Shown one piece after another: positions 43,825-54,386 of a DNA stretch of 64,000 nucleotides. How positions within the stretch are numbered: position 1 is the first letter of the stretch; every line of letters begins with the position of its first letter. This DNA comes from Escherichia coli (GTDB lineage: Bacteria > Pseudomonadota > Gammaproteobacteria > Enterobacterales > Enterobacteriaceae): NCBI RefSeq assembly GCF_036507355.1, contig NZ_AP027877.1; one strand, 5' to 3'. The notes under the pieces are model-generated. The model was not told the origin of the DNA and made no database searches. It saw only the letters and a program-made list of their open reading frames with translations. A program made the translations under genes and the position numbers.

Positions 43825-46251
43825 TTATATTTTTTCGATCTCGACCAGATTCGTATGCTGCGGGTTTCCCTTCGCCAGTGGTGAAGGGCGCAGAGTGGTT
43901 AGCGTATTCACACAGCCTCCATGGTCGATTTTATCGCCAGACATATTGGCCTCGTGCCAGGCTCCCTGGCCCATAGCGCTAACTCCAGGGAGAATACGTG
44001 GTGTCACTTTGGCTGGTAGCCGAACTTCGCCACGATGGTTATACACCCGCACCATATCGCCGTTGGCAATCCCACGTTTCTGTGCGTCTATAGGGTTGAT
44101 CCACACCTCCTGACGGCAGGCAGCCTTCAGGACATCAATGTTGCCGTAGGTCGAGTGAGTACGGGATTTGTAATGGAAACCAAACAGTTGCAGTGGAAAG
44201 GTACTACGTTCAGGGGAGTCCCAGCCTTCAAAGGTTGAGGCATAAACTGGCAGTGGGCTTATCACTTCATCTTTTTCCAGTTCCCAGGTACGGGCAATTT
44301 CCGCCAGCTTGCTGGAATAAATTTCAATCTTACCGGAAGGTGTTTTAAGTGGATTTGCCTCGGGGTCGTCACGAAATGCTTTGTAGGCGACAAAATGACC
44401 ATTGGGATCTTTACGCTTATAGATACCCATTTTTTTCAGTTCGTCGTAAGACGGTAACGCCGGATCTTTGGCAAGCATTTTGGCGTACAGATGTTGTAAC
44501 CATTGTTCCTGCGTGCGACCTTCAGTGAACTTTTGATAGACGTCAGGTCCAAGACGTTTCGCGACCTCACTCAGGATCCAGTAAATCGGTTTACGTTCGA
44601 ATTTTTCGCTGGTGACTGGCTGGAGGAAAATGAGATATCCCATGTTACCGGCGTAGTCGTTAGGAATAATATCTTCCTGCTCAACGGTCATCAGGTCTGG
44701 CAGCAGAATGTCGGCATATTTTGCCGATGAGGTCATAAAGTTTTCGATGACCACAATCATTTCGCATTTCGATTCGTCCTGCAGAATTTCATGCGTTTTG
44801 TTGATGTCAGAATGCTGATTAACGAGGGTATTTCCCGCGTAATTCCAGATGAACTTAATGGGCACATCCAGTTTATCTTTGCCCCGGACACCGTCGCGGA
44901 TTGCCGTCATTTGTGGGCCATGATCGATAGCATCTGTCCAGCTGAAGCAGGAAATTGACGTTTTGACCGGATTATCCAGCACCGGCAGGCGCTCTATGGT
45001 AATGGTATAGGTCGATTCACGCGCGCCACTATTTCCGCCGCTGATGCCGACATTGCCCGTCAGAATAGGCAACATAGCAATAGCGCGTGCGGTCAGCTCG
45101 CCGTTTGCCTGGCGTTGTGGCCCCCAGCCCTGGCAGATATAAGCGGGTTTTGCTGTGCCAATTTCACGCGCCAGTTTGATGATACGGTCCACCGGGATAC
45201 CGGTAATTTGCGAAGCCCACTGCGGCGTTTTCGCTGTTTTATCGTCACCTTCACCAAGAATATAGGCTTTATAGTGACCATTTTTGGGTGCATCTGCGGG
45301 TAAGGTTTTTTCGTCATAGCCGACGCAGTATTTATCGAGAAAAGGTTGATCAACGAGATTTTCGTTAATCAATACCCAGGCAATACCCGCAACCAGCGCG
45401 GCATCGGTGCCCGGGCGAATAGGAAGCCATTCGTCTTCACGACCGGCAGCCGTATCGGTATATCGCGGATCGATAACAATCATTTTTGCGTTCGATTTTT
45501 CGCGGGCTTTTTCAAGAAGATAAGTGATGCCACCGCCGCTCATGCGGGTTTCTGCCGGGTTGTTACCAAACATCACGACCAGCTTGCTGTTTTCAATATC
45601 CGTGGTGCTGTTGCCATCATTACTGCCGTAGGTGTAGGGCATGGCACAGGAAATTTGCGCAGTGCTGTAGGAGCCATACTGATTGAGTGAACCGCCGTAG
45701 CAGTTCATCAGGCGTTTGACCGCCGAGGCTGATGGCGAAGAGCGGGTCATATTGCCGCCAACAATCCCCGAAGAGTACTGAATATATACAGCCTCATTGC
45801 CATATTGTTCGACGGTTTTTTTCAGGCTACTGGCGATAGTATCCAGGGCTTCATCCCAGCTAATCCGTTCGAATTTGCCTTCACCGCGTTTACCCACGCG
45901 TTTCATTGGGTAATTCAAGCGATCGGGATGATTAATACGCCGGCGGATGGAGCGACCGCGCAAACAGGCGCGTACTTGATGATTGCCATACTCATCGCTG
46001 CCGGTGTTGTCAGTTTCCACCCAGGCCACTTCATTATCTTTAACATGTAGACGAAGTGCACAGCGGCTACCACAGTTGACGGAACAGGCACCCCAGACCA
46101 CTTTTTCGCTGGCCTGTTGTACTGCTGCCGCTGCACTGCGCAGGGTGAACGGCAAAGAAAAACCGCCTGCAGCCAGCGCCAGAGAACCTATCGCGGTAGA
46201 TTTAACGAGTGTTCTGCGGCTGATGCCCACCATTCGTTCATTTTTGGACAT
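43825..46251 (-). CDS. ynfE: DmsA-like molybdopterin oxidoreductase catalytic subunit, Tat-exported (paralogue 1)
   Basis: 808-aa ORF with twin-arginine motif SRRTLVK; tandem paralogue of ynfF. Confidence 0.92.
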   Translation of the reverse strand: MSKNERMVGISRRTLVKSTAIGSLALAAGGFSLPFTLRSAAAAVQQASEKVVWGACSVNCGSRCALRLHVKDNEVAWVETDNTGSDEYGNHQVRACLRGRSIRRRINHPDRLNYPMKRVGKRGEGKFERISWDEALDTIASSLKKTVEQYGNEAVYIQYSSGIVGGNMTRSSPSASAVKRLMNCYGGSLNQYGSYSTAQISCAMPYTYGSNDGNSTTDIENSKLVVMFGNNPAETRMSGGGITYLLEKAREKSNAKMIVIDPRYTDTAAGREDEWLPIRPGTDAALVAGIAWVLINENLVDQPFLDKYCVGYDEKTLPADAPKNGHYKAYILGEGDDKTAKTPQWASQITGIPVDRIIKLAREIGTAKPAYICQGWGPQRQANGELTARAIAMLPILTGNVGISGGNSGARESTYTITIERLPVLDNPVKTSISCFSWTDAIDHGPQMTAIRDGVRGKDKLDVPIKFIWNYAGNTLVNQHSDINKTHEILQDESKCEMIVVIENFMTSSAKYADILLPDLMTVEQEDIIPNDYAGNMGYLIFLQPVTSEKFERKPIYWILSEVAKRLGPDVYQKFTEGRTQEQWLQHLYAKMLAKDPALPSYDELKKMGIYKRKDPNGHFVAYKAFRDDPEANPLKTPSGKIEIYSSKLAEIARTWELEKDEVISPLPVYASTFEGWDSPERSTFPLQLFGFHYKSRTHSTYGNIDVLKAACRQEVWINPIDAQKRGIANGDMVRVYNHRGEVRLPAKVTPRILPGVSAMGQGAWHEANMSGDKIDHGGCVNTLTTLRPSPLAKGNPQHTNLVEIEKI

Positions 46252-46449
46252 AACTCACTCCCTGTTCTTTATCGTTATATAAAAGTTTATATATTGAATA
46301 TTTAGCGCGCTAACAATAGAGGGAGTCTACCCATTTTGGGTTAATAATTATTAATCCATATCAATAGAAGGGTATGAGTAATAAGGTGGGATTATGTTGT
46401 ATGTCCAAATCGCCGGATGTGTCGTATCCGGCGTGTAGTCGATAATGTA

Positions 46450-46755
46450 TTACTGCGGTTCGGCAGGCGCGCCATCCTGGGTAGACTGCGCGGGAGCAGA
46501 GACGTTACCGCTGGTGGTGCGGGTGTAGAGAATTTTATGCGTATCATTAGCGCAATGCCCGACGACCTGGGAATCAGGCTGATCAACCTGGTCATTGGGT
46601 ACAATACTTAACGTGAAGCTGCTTTCGGGTACGCCATTATTGATAATGCGCTGTGATATATCGCTTTGTATGCGCTCACAGGATCCCGGCGCGGCGAGTA
46701 CCGCGGGTGAGGCGAGGGCGAGCAGAAGCGCGGCACAGCAGGTTGAGAGTTTCAT
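46450..46755 (-). CDS. ynfD: DUF1161 small secreted protein YnfD
   Basis: 101 aa from MKLSTCCAALLLALASPAVLAA (signal peptide). Confidence 0.8.
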   Translation of the reverse strand: MKLSTCCAALLLALASPAVLAAPGSCERIQSDISQRIINNGVPESSFTLSIVPNDQVDQPDSQVVGHCANDTHKILYTRTTSGNVSAPAQSTQDGAPAEPQ

Positions 46756-46862
46756 CATAAGCTCCTTACGCGAAGATAACTTCTTTAAGCATAGCATTTA
46801 ACGTGTAAAGTACTGTATTTGCTACTATGATTGAGAATCATCTCTACTCTCTGGTGACTGAT

Positions 46863-47573
46863 GTGAAATACAAATTACTGCCATGCTTACTCGCGATATT
46901 ACTCACAGGATGTGACCGCACAGAGGTAACACTTTCATTTACTCCTGAGATGGCCAGTTTCTCTAATGAATTCGATTTTGATCCGCTGCGTGGTCCGGTA
47001 AAAGATTTCACTCAGACATTAATGGATGAGCAAGGTGAAGTGACGAAACGTGTTTCGGGGACTTTGTCGGAAGAAGGCTGTTTTGATTCACTCGAATTAC
47101 TGGATCTGGAAAATAATACCGTGGTCGCTCTGGTACTGGACGCCAATTATTACCGTGATGCCGAGACGCTGGAGAAGAGAGTACGTTTACAGGGAAAATG
47201 CCAGCTAGCGGAATTACCTTCCGCCGGGGTGAGTTGGGAAACCGATGATAATGGCTTCGTGATTAAAGCCAGCAGCAAACAAATGCAGATGGAATATCGC
47301 TATGATGATCAGGGTTATCCACTGGGTAAAACCACGAAAAGTAACGACAAAACATTATCTGTCAGCGCCACGCCATCAACGGACCCGATCAAAAAATTAG
47401 ATTACACAGCGGTTACTTTACTGAATAATCAACGAGTTGGTAATGTAAAACAGAGCTGTGAATATGACAGTCACGCCAATCCGGTGGACTGTCAGCTGAT
47501 CATTGTTGATGAAGGAGTAAAACCCGCCGTCGAACGGGTTTACACCATCAAAAATACGATCGATTATTATTAA
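46863..47573 (+). CDS. ynfC: UPF0257 lipoprotein YnfC (GTG start)
   Basis: 236 aa beginning (M)KYKLLPCLLAILLTGC with lipobox LTGC; start codon inferred as GTG at 46863. Confidence 0.8.
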   Translation: MKYKLLPCLLAILLTGCDRTEVTLSFTPEMASFSNEFDFDPLRGPVKDFTQTLMDEQGEVTKRVSGTLSEEGCFDSLELLDLENNTVVALVLDANYYRDAETLEKRVRLQGKCQLAELPSAGVSWETDDNGFVIKASSKQMQMEYRYDDQGYPLGKTTKSNDKTLSVSATPSTDPIKKLDYTAVTLLNNQRVGNVKQSCEYDSHANPVDCQLIIVDEGVKPAVERVYTIKNTIDYY

Positions 47574-47575
47574 TG

Positions 47576-48136
47576 CTATTGTGCGGTCGGCTTCAGGAGA
47601 GTCTGACCCGGTGTTTTGTGCTCTGCCAGATACTGATGCTGGAATATACACATGCGAATGGCATTACGATATTGACCATTAATAAAGAACTCGTGCATCA
47701 ATTCACCTTCAACCGAAAAGCCAAGCTTGCGGTAAATGTGAATCGCTTTTTCATTCTCTTTATCAACGATCAGATACAGCTTATAGAGATTGAGAACGGT
47801 GAAGCCATAGTCCATTGCTAATTTGGCGGCACGGGTTGCCAGACCTTTCCCCTGATACTCCGGGGAGATAATTATCTGAAATTCTGCGCGGCGATGAACA
47901 TGGTTAATTTCCACCAGCTCCACCAGACCGGCTTTTTCGCCGTCACATTCCACCACAAAGCGCCGTTCGCTCTGATCGTGAATATGCTTATCATACAGAT
48001 CAGAGAGTTCAACAAAGGCTTCGTAGGGTTCCTCAAACCAGTAACGCATCACACTGGCGTTATTGTCGAGTTGATGTACATAGCGTAAATCTTCACGCTC
48101 CAGCGGGCGTAGCTTAACACTGTGGGCGCTTGGCAT
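47576..48136 (-). CDS. speG: spermidine N1-acetyltransferase (GNAT family), apparently intact
   Basis: 186-aa uninterrupted ORF recognised as SpeG. Confidence 0.92.
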   Translation of the reverse strand: MPSAHSVKLRPLEREDLRYVHQLDNNASVMRYWFEEPYEAFVELSDLYDKHIHDQSERRFVVECDGEKAGLVELVEINHVHRRAEFQIIISPEYQGKGLATRAAKLAMDYGFTVLNLYKLYLIVDKENEKAIHIYRKLGFSVEGELMHEFFINGQYRNAIRMCIFQHQYLAEHKTPGQTLLKPTAQ

Positions 48137-48170
48137 AACGTGTCCTTACATTCCTTAAATCAATAACAGG

Positions 48171-48512
48171 TTAGGGGGTAATAACGCGGCCAGTTCGACG
48201 GTCCAGGCAGCGCAAAGTATTGGGCTCCCAGTAGGCATTGATGTTGGCGCTTTGCTCACATTTATCGCGGTTATCAAAAGCGGCGTCGGCTTTATCCCAC
48301 TCTTTTTCAGTGCGTTTATTCACTTTCTGACGCAGATTGCGCGTGTCATTCCATTGCTCTTTTTCCATAGCGGCGTGCTGGCGGCTTTGTGCACTGTCGC
48401 CAGACTCAATCACCAGTTTGTTAGTTTCGGCATGAACAGTTGTGCTCAATGCCAGTGCGCAAGGCAGCAGAAAAGCGAGCAGGCCGATTCGTTTGCTGAG
48501 AGTGATTTTCAT
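48171..48512 (-). CDS. ynfB: UPF0482 secreted protein YnfB
   Basis: 113-aa ORF with signal peptide. Confidence 0.85.
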
Positions 48513-48646
48513 AATTCATTCCCTGTATGAATGATTAAAGGTGATTCTACACCATCCACTGCGAACGCAAAACGTACCAGGAGGGTGTTTATATTGATGA
48601 TATTATGTGGCCCTATAACTATACATGATGTCAATAAGTGACAAAG

Positions 48647-48973
48647 ATGATTAAAACAACGTTACTATTTTTTGCTACTGCGCTGTGTGAAATTATTGGA
48701 TGCTTTCTGCCCTGGTTGTGGTTAAAACGAAACGCCAGTATCTGGCTGTTGCTTCCGGCGGGGATTTCACTGGCGCTGTTTGTCTGGTTGTTAACGTTGC
48801 ATCCTGCGGCGAGTGGGCGTGTTTAGGCGGCTTATGGTGGCGTTTATGTCTGCACGGCGTTGATGTGGCTGCGCGTTGTGGATGGCGTGAAACTGACTCT
48901 TTATGACTGGACGGGTGCGTTGATTGCACTTTGCGGCATGTTGATCATTGTTGCGGGCTGGGGGCGCACGTAG
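48647..48973 (+). pseudogene. ynfA: UPF0060 membrane protein YnfA interrupted by an in-frame amber codon at 48824..48826
   Basis: ORF stops after ...HPAASGRV at TAG (gtt TAG gcg); the same frame then reads [48 protein letters not shown] to a TAG at 48971..48973, giving the expected 108 aa if the internal TAG were a sense codon. Confidence 0.8.
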
Positions 48974-49178
48974 GAACATAAATCCATTTTATCAATAAGA
49001 TACGAGGAAGTGTCAGCTGACAAAAGGTATTCTATTTCATCTTTTGTCAACCATTCACAGCGCAAATATACGCCTTTTTTTGTGATCACTCCGGCTTTTT
49101 TCGATCTTCATACTTGTATGGTAGTAGCTCAGTTGCGTAGATTTCATGCATCACGACAAGCGATGCAAGGAATCGAAT

Positions 49179-50393
49179 ATGAAGATCGTAAAGGCTGAAG
49201 TTTTTGTTACCTGTCCGGGGCGTAATTTCGTCACATTAAAAATCACCACTGAGGACGGTATTACGGGCCTTGGGGATGCCACCCTCAATGGACGTGAGCT
49301 TTCCGTGGCCTCTTATTTGCAGGATCACCTTTGTCCGCAGCTTATTGGTCGCGATGCGCACCGTATCGAAGATATCTGGCAGTTTTTCTATAAAGGTGCT
49401 TACTGGCGTCGCGGTCCGGTTACGATGTCGGCCATTTCAGCGGTTGATATGGCGCTGTGGGATATTAAAGCCAAAGCTGCCAACATGCCGCTTTACCAGT
49501 TACTCGGCGGCGCGTCTCGTGAAGGGGTGATGGTTTATTGCCATACCACCGGTCACAGTATTGATGAAGCTCTGGATGATTATGCCCGTCATCAGGAGCT
49601 GGGATTCAAAGCCATCCGCGTGCAGTGCGGAATCCCTGGTATGAAAACCACCTACGGCATGTCGAAAGGTAAAGGTCTGGCTTATGAACCCGCAACCAAA
49701 GGACAGTGGCCGGAAGAGCAGCTGTGGTCGACGGAGAAATACCTCGATTTCATGCCGAAATTGTTTGACGCGGTACGTAACAAGTTTGGTTTTAATGAAC
49801 ATTTGCTGCATGACATGCACCATCGCTTAACGCCTATTGAAGCGGCGCGCTTTGGTAAAAGCATTGAAGATTATCGCATGTTCTGGATGGAAGACCCGAC
49901 GCCTGCGGAAAACCAGGAATGCTTCCGTCTCATTCGCCAACATACCGTCACACCCATCGCAGTGGGTGAAGTCTTCAACAGCATCTGGGACTGCAAACAA
50001 CTGATTGAAGAGCAACTCATCGATTATATCCGCACCACGCTGACCCATGCAGGCGGAATTACCGGTATGCGCCGGATTGCCGATTTTGCTTCGCTGTATC
50101 AGGTACGTACTGGCTCGCACGGTCCTTCCGATTTGTCACCAGTCTGCATGGCTGCGGCGCTGCACTTTGATCTGTGGGTCCCCAATTTCGGTGTCCAGGA
50201 ATACATGGGTTATTCCGAACAAATGCTCGAAGTCTTCCCGCACAACTGGACTTTCGATAACGGCTATATGCATCCGGGAGACAAACCGGGTCTTGGTATC
50301 GAATTCGATGAAAAGCTGGCGGCGAAATATCCCTATGAACCTGCTTATCTACCAGTCGCACGTCTGGAAGATGGCACGCTGTGGAACTGGTAA
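49179..50393 (+). CDS. rspA: starvation-sensing protein RspA (enolase-superfamily mannonate dehydratase-like)
   Basis: 404 aa from [10 protein letters not shown]; enolase-superfamily fold. Confidence 0.92.
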
Positions 50394-50404
50394 GGAGTAA
50401 GATA

Positions 50405-51424
50405 ATGAAAAGCATATTAATTGAAAAACCGAATCAACTGGCGATTGTCGAACGTGAAATACCCACCCCGTCAGCGGGTGAAGTACGAGTAAAAGTGAAA
50501 CTTGCCGGAATTTGTGGTTCAGATAGCCATATTTATCGTGGGCATAATCCTTTTGCGAAATATCCGCGCGTCATTGGACATGAATTCTTTGGCGTCATTG
50601 ATGCGGTGGGTGAAGGTGTGGAAAGCGCCAGAGTCGGTGAACGTGTTGCTGTCGATCCGGTGGTCAGCTGTGGTCATTGCTATCCGTGCTCTATAGGTAA
50701 GCCGAACGTTTGTACGACACTCGCTGTATTAGGTGTGCACGTTGACGGTGGTTTCAGTGAATATGCTGTGGTTCCGGCAAAAAATGCGTGGAAAATTCCT
50801 GAAGCAGTGGCCGATCAATATGCGGTAATGATCGAACCTTTTACCATTGCGGCTAACGTAACCGGTCATGGTCAACCGACTGAAAATGATACCGTTCTGG
50901 TTTACGGTGCCGGTCCAATCGGCCTGACGATCGTTCAGGTATTAAAAGGCGTCTATAACGTTAAAAATGTGATTGTTGCCGATCGCATTGATGAACGACT
51001 GGAAAAAGCGAAAGAGAGCGGGGCTGACTGGGTGATTAATAACAGCCAGACACCGCTTGGCGAGATTTTCGCTGAAAAAGGCATCAAGCCGACATTAATT
51101 ATTGATGCGGCTTGTCATCCTTCTATCCTGAAAGAGGCCGTAACGCTGGCTTCTCCAGCGGCACGTATTGTATTGATGGGGTTCTCCAGTGAACCGTCTG
51201 AAGTGATTCAGCAAGGGATTACCGGAAAAGAACTCTCTATTTTCTCTTCACGCTTAAATGCAAATAAATTTCCGGTCGTTATCGACTGGTTAAGTAAAGG
51301 GTTAATTAAACCAGAAAAATTAATTAGCCATACGTTTGATGTCCAGCATGTTGCTGATGCCATTAGTTTATTTGAACAGGATCAAAAACATTGCTGCAAA
51401 GTCTTACTCACTTTTTCTGAATAA
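50405..51424 (+). CDS. rspB: zinc-dependent alcohol-dehydrogenase-family protein RspB
   Basis: 339 aa from MKSILIEKPN; zinc-binding GHEFFG and Rossmann GAGPIG motifs. Confidence 0.92.
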   Translation: MKSILIEKPNQLAIVEREIPTPSAGEVRVKVKLAGICGSDSHIYRGHNPFAKYPRVIGHEFFGVIDAVGEGVESARVGERVAVDPVVSCGHCYPCSIGKPNVCTTLAVLGVHVDGGFSEYAVVPAKNAWKIPEAVADQYAVMIEPFTIAANVTGHGQPTENDTVLVYGAGPIGLTIVQVLKGVYNVKNVIVADRIDERLEKAKESGADWVINNSQTPLGEIFAEKGIKPTLIIDAACHPSILKEAVTLASPAARIVLMGFSSEPSEVIQQGITGKELSIFSSRLNANKFPVVIDWLSKGLIKPEKLISHTFDVQHVADAISLFEQDQKHCCKVLLTFSE

Positions 51425-51470
51425 TACTGAGGTGTACTGGCAATAGCGGACACTACCATTTGTTCTTTTT

Positions 51471-52289
51471 TTAAGCAGCCATCTGATGATATTTTTCCCT
51501 GAAGGCTGCCGGGGAGATATTCCCCAGACGAGAGTGACGACGCTGACGATTGTAGAAAATCTCAATGTATTCCCGTATTACTGAGATGGCTTCATCCCGG
51601 TTATTAAAACGATAGTGGCTCAGGCTCTCATTTTTCAGCGTTCCCCAGAAGCTTTCCATCGGAGCGTTGTCGTAACAGTTACCTTTACGCGACATTGATG
51701 TTTTCAGACCAAACTGCTCCTGTATGACCCGGTAATCGTATGCGCAGTACTGTGAACCTCGATCAGAGTGGTGGATTAGCCCGGCAGGTGGGCGCTGTCT
51801 CCTGAGCGCCATAAACAGGGCTTTACCTGTCAGCTCTTTTGTCATGCGCTCTCCCATGGCGTAGCCGACAATTTCGCACGTATAAACATCTTTGATGCCA
51901 GCGAGGTACAACCATCCCTCCTGTGTGGCAACATACGTCAGGTCCGCCACCCAGACCTGATTTGGTGCTGTAGGAGCGAACGTCTGGTTCAGCAGATTTG
52001 GCGCAACTGGCAGATTGTGGTTCGAGTTCGTAGTCGCTCTGAACTTGCGTTTCTGCTTACAGCGTAGCCTTAGCTCCTTACGAAGACGTGCCAGTCGGTC
52101 ACGACCAACGATGATGCCATTCTCTGCCAGCTCCGTCTGGAGCCGCCGGGTTCCATATGTTTCGCGAGTGCGGATATGTGCCACCTTAATCTCCAGTTTT
52201 AGCCGCTCATCACTTTGTTTTCTGTCTGAGGGTTCATGCTGTACCCAGTTGTAATAACCGCTCCTGGATACACCAAATACCTGACACAT
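51471..52289 (-). CDS. IS600 transposase OrfB (DDE integrase domain)
   Basis: 272-aa ORF recognised as IS600 OrfB; DDE-type catalytic core. Confidence 0.88.
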   Translation of the reverse strand: MCQVFGVSRSGYYNWVQHEPSDRKQSDERLKLEIKVAHIRTRETYGTRRLQTELAENGIIVGRDRLARLRKELRLRCKQKRKFRATTNSNHNLPVAPNLLNQTFAPTAPNQVWVADLTYVATQEGWLYLAGIKDVYTCEIVGYAMGERMTKELTGKALFMALRRQRPPAGLIHHSDRGSQYCAYDYRVIQEQFGLKTSMSRKGNCYDNAPMESFWGTLKNESLSHYRFNNRDEAISVIREYIEIFYNRQRRHSRLGNISPAAFREKYHQMAA

Positions 52290-52324
52290 CGCTTCAATGG
52301 GAAATTGTTGTCGCCATTGTTCGA

Positions 52325-52627
52325 TTAACGCGTATTTTTCAGCGACTCCTGTGCAAAATACGCTGTTGCTTTTTTTAATATATCTCGCTCAAGGCGAGCT
52401 TCATTTAACGCCTTACGCAGTTGCAGAATTTCAGATTCCAGTTCAGCCACCGTGCGGGAACCAGGAGTACCGAGCCCTTTTCTGGCGGCGGTAACCCATT
52501 GTCCTAAAGTGCCTTCAGGAAGAGATAATCGGGAAGCGCCTTCACTGATCGAAAGTTGATTTTCAAGAACCGTTCTGACAGCTTCGGCTTTGAACTCTTT
52601 AGAGTAACGTTGGGTTTTTCTGCTCAT
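52325..52627 (-). CDS. IS600 transposase OrfA (HTH)
   Basis: 100-aa ORF MSRKTQRYSKEFKAEAVRTV... recognised as IS600 OrfA; ends at the slippery heptamer. Confidence 0.88.
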   Translation of the reverse strand: MSRKTQRYSKEFKAEAVRTVLENQLSISEGASRLSLPEGTLGQWVTAARKGLGTPGSRTVAELESEILQLRKALNEARLERDILKKATAYFAQESLKNTR

Positions 52628-54386
52628 TATTAGCTCCTTCTGATGCCATTCTATTTCAGGAAGGAGTGTCCGTTAAACTCAGGCTACCTCATACCAATAA
52701 CGGCGAGTAAGTAGTACGCATCTTACCTCTTTTTTAGAGATAACCATTATGTCAATAGAAAAACACGAAAGAAGCACTAAGGATTTGGTGAAAGCAGCAG
52801 TATCGGGATGGCTGGGCACTGCGCTTGAATTTATGGATTTCAAGAGTCATGCGTGTTAACTATTTGATAAATATTAAATTAATTTTTCATTGCTTCGTTA
52901 TGGGGCATGGTTGGGGCAAACTCGCTTAACTGTGTATTTAACAAAGCTACCTGTGCATTATTGTTTTCAGACATCCATTTTCCGTATAGACCCTCCGCAT
53001 CTTGAGAGTGTTGGTGATAACGCCTGGATGGGAAAGAAATATGGACGGCTGAATAAAGATGCCTGGCGTGATGATTCGCGACAGAGATTTAAAGAAGCCT
53101 TTCGGGTGTTGAGGCCGCACGGCGTTCTGATTTTTTAATGGAATGAAACGCAAATACCGGTAAGCCAGATTCTGGCACTGACAGACAGAAAACCTGTTAT
53201 CTGTCAACGAACAGGGAAAAAACGATAAAACCCACTGGATTATTTTTATGAAAGAGGCATCCAGTGAGTAGATTCGTAAGGCTACAGATACGTATATCTG
53301 AATAATTAAATTCAGTTCTGTAAATAAAATTTAATCCTTAACCGGATGGATTTCTGCACCCTCAGAACATCAGGAGGCCGCCCGAAAGGGCGGTAGTGAA
53401 ATGCGAAAGTTCAAAATTATTATTGAAACGGGAATAGCTGGTGGAGATTTTGAGGATGTATTCGAAGTGGACGATGACGCAACACCTGAGGAAATTCATG
53501 ACGGAGCATAAGAAATTTTCTTTAACTACTGCAATTACTCATACCACGAAATAAAAGACGATGAGGAAGAACAAAGTGGCTGATTTTTGTTCAGCTAAAT
53601 ATAACATCAGTTTTGAAGAGCGGGATGAACTATTAATGGACTATGGTGAGTTACGCGGTGGAAGTGCTGCTGATGTCGAATCCTAGCGTGATGACTATGA
53701 AGCGGGAAAAACTCCGGTCGAAGCATATTGTGATGAGTGGGGCGATGAATGAGCGAGATTAATTATCAGGAAGGGCATGAAACGGCGGGGCAAGCAAAAC
53801 CAGTGGCATGGCGATATCGCTACGTGAAAAAAGGCGTTACGGACTTTCAGGGGAAGTAGTGGTCTGGTGACTGGAAATATGTACCGAAAAAAGAGGATTG
53901 TAACGACAGGCCGAACTATCAAATTCAGGCCTTATTCACTGCCTCACCAGTCCCAGTTACATCAGAAGAACTGGTTAAAGCTGTGCACTTTTATGAACAA
54001 CTAAAACGCGAAAATCCACCAACATCCGGCAACTAGATTAATGGATTAACTATGTCGGTTAAACGACCAGCCAACTGAAAAAGCGGAAACCTGATTACAG
54101 GTTGCCAGATAAGGCAATGAGCTACCTGGCGCGGAACGGACTGATAAGTATGGGGAATGTTTTACGATGAACCTTTAGACTAAAGAGTTTGTAACGCTAT
54201 GTAAGTGATTTTTTCTGGTTTAGATATTTATATGTCCGGCCAAATTGAGGTGTGTTTAAATGTAATTGCACATTGATTGTAGGAGGAATAATGAAAAACG
54301 CATTGCAGTTTTTGTTTGTTGCGTTCTGGTTGTTCGCATCATGTATGCCCATCATCTTCACAGCAAGGTGAATCGCCACGGATAAT

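Larger units (their letters stand above)
51428..52682 (-). mobile_element. IS600 (IS3 family) with 3-bp target-site duplication TAC
   Basis: Imperfect terminal inverted repeats TGAGGT...GGACACT / ...CA at both ends; flanking TAC at 51425..51427 and 52683..52685; contains orfA and orfB with an A7 slippery site at 52369..52375 (plus strand T7). Confidence 0.85.

Noticed and set aside
41341-46251. ynfE/ynfF duplication as an assembly artefact
   Set aside because: The two copies differ throughout at the protein level and have distinct signal peptides, so they are genuine diverged paralogues.
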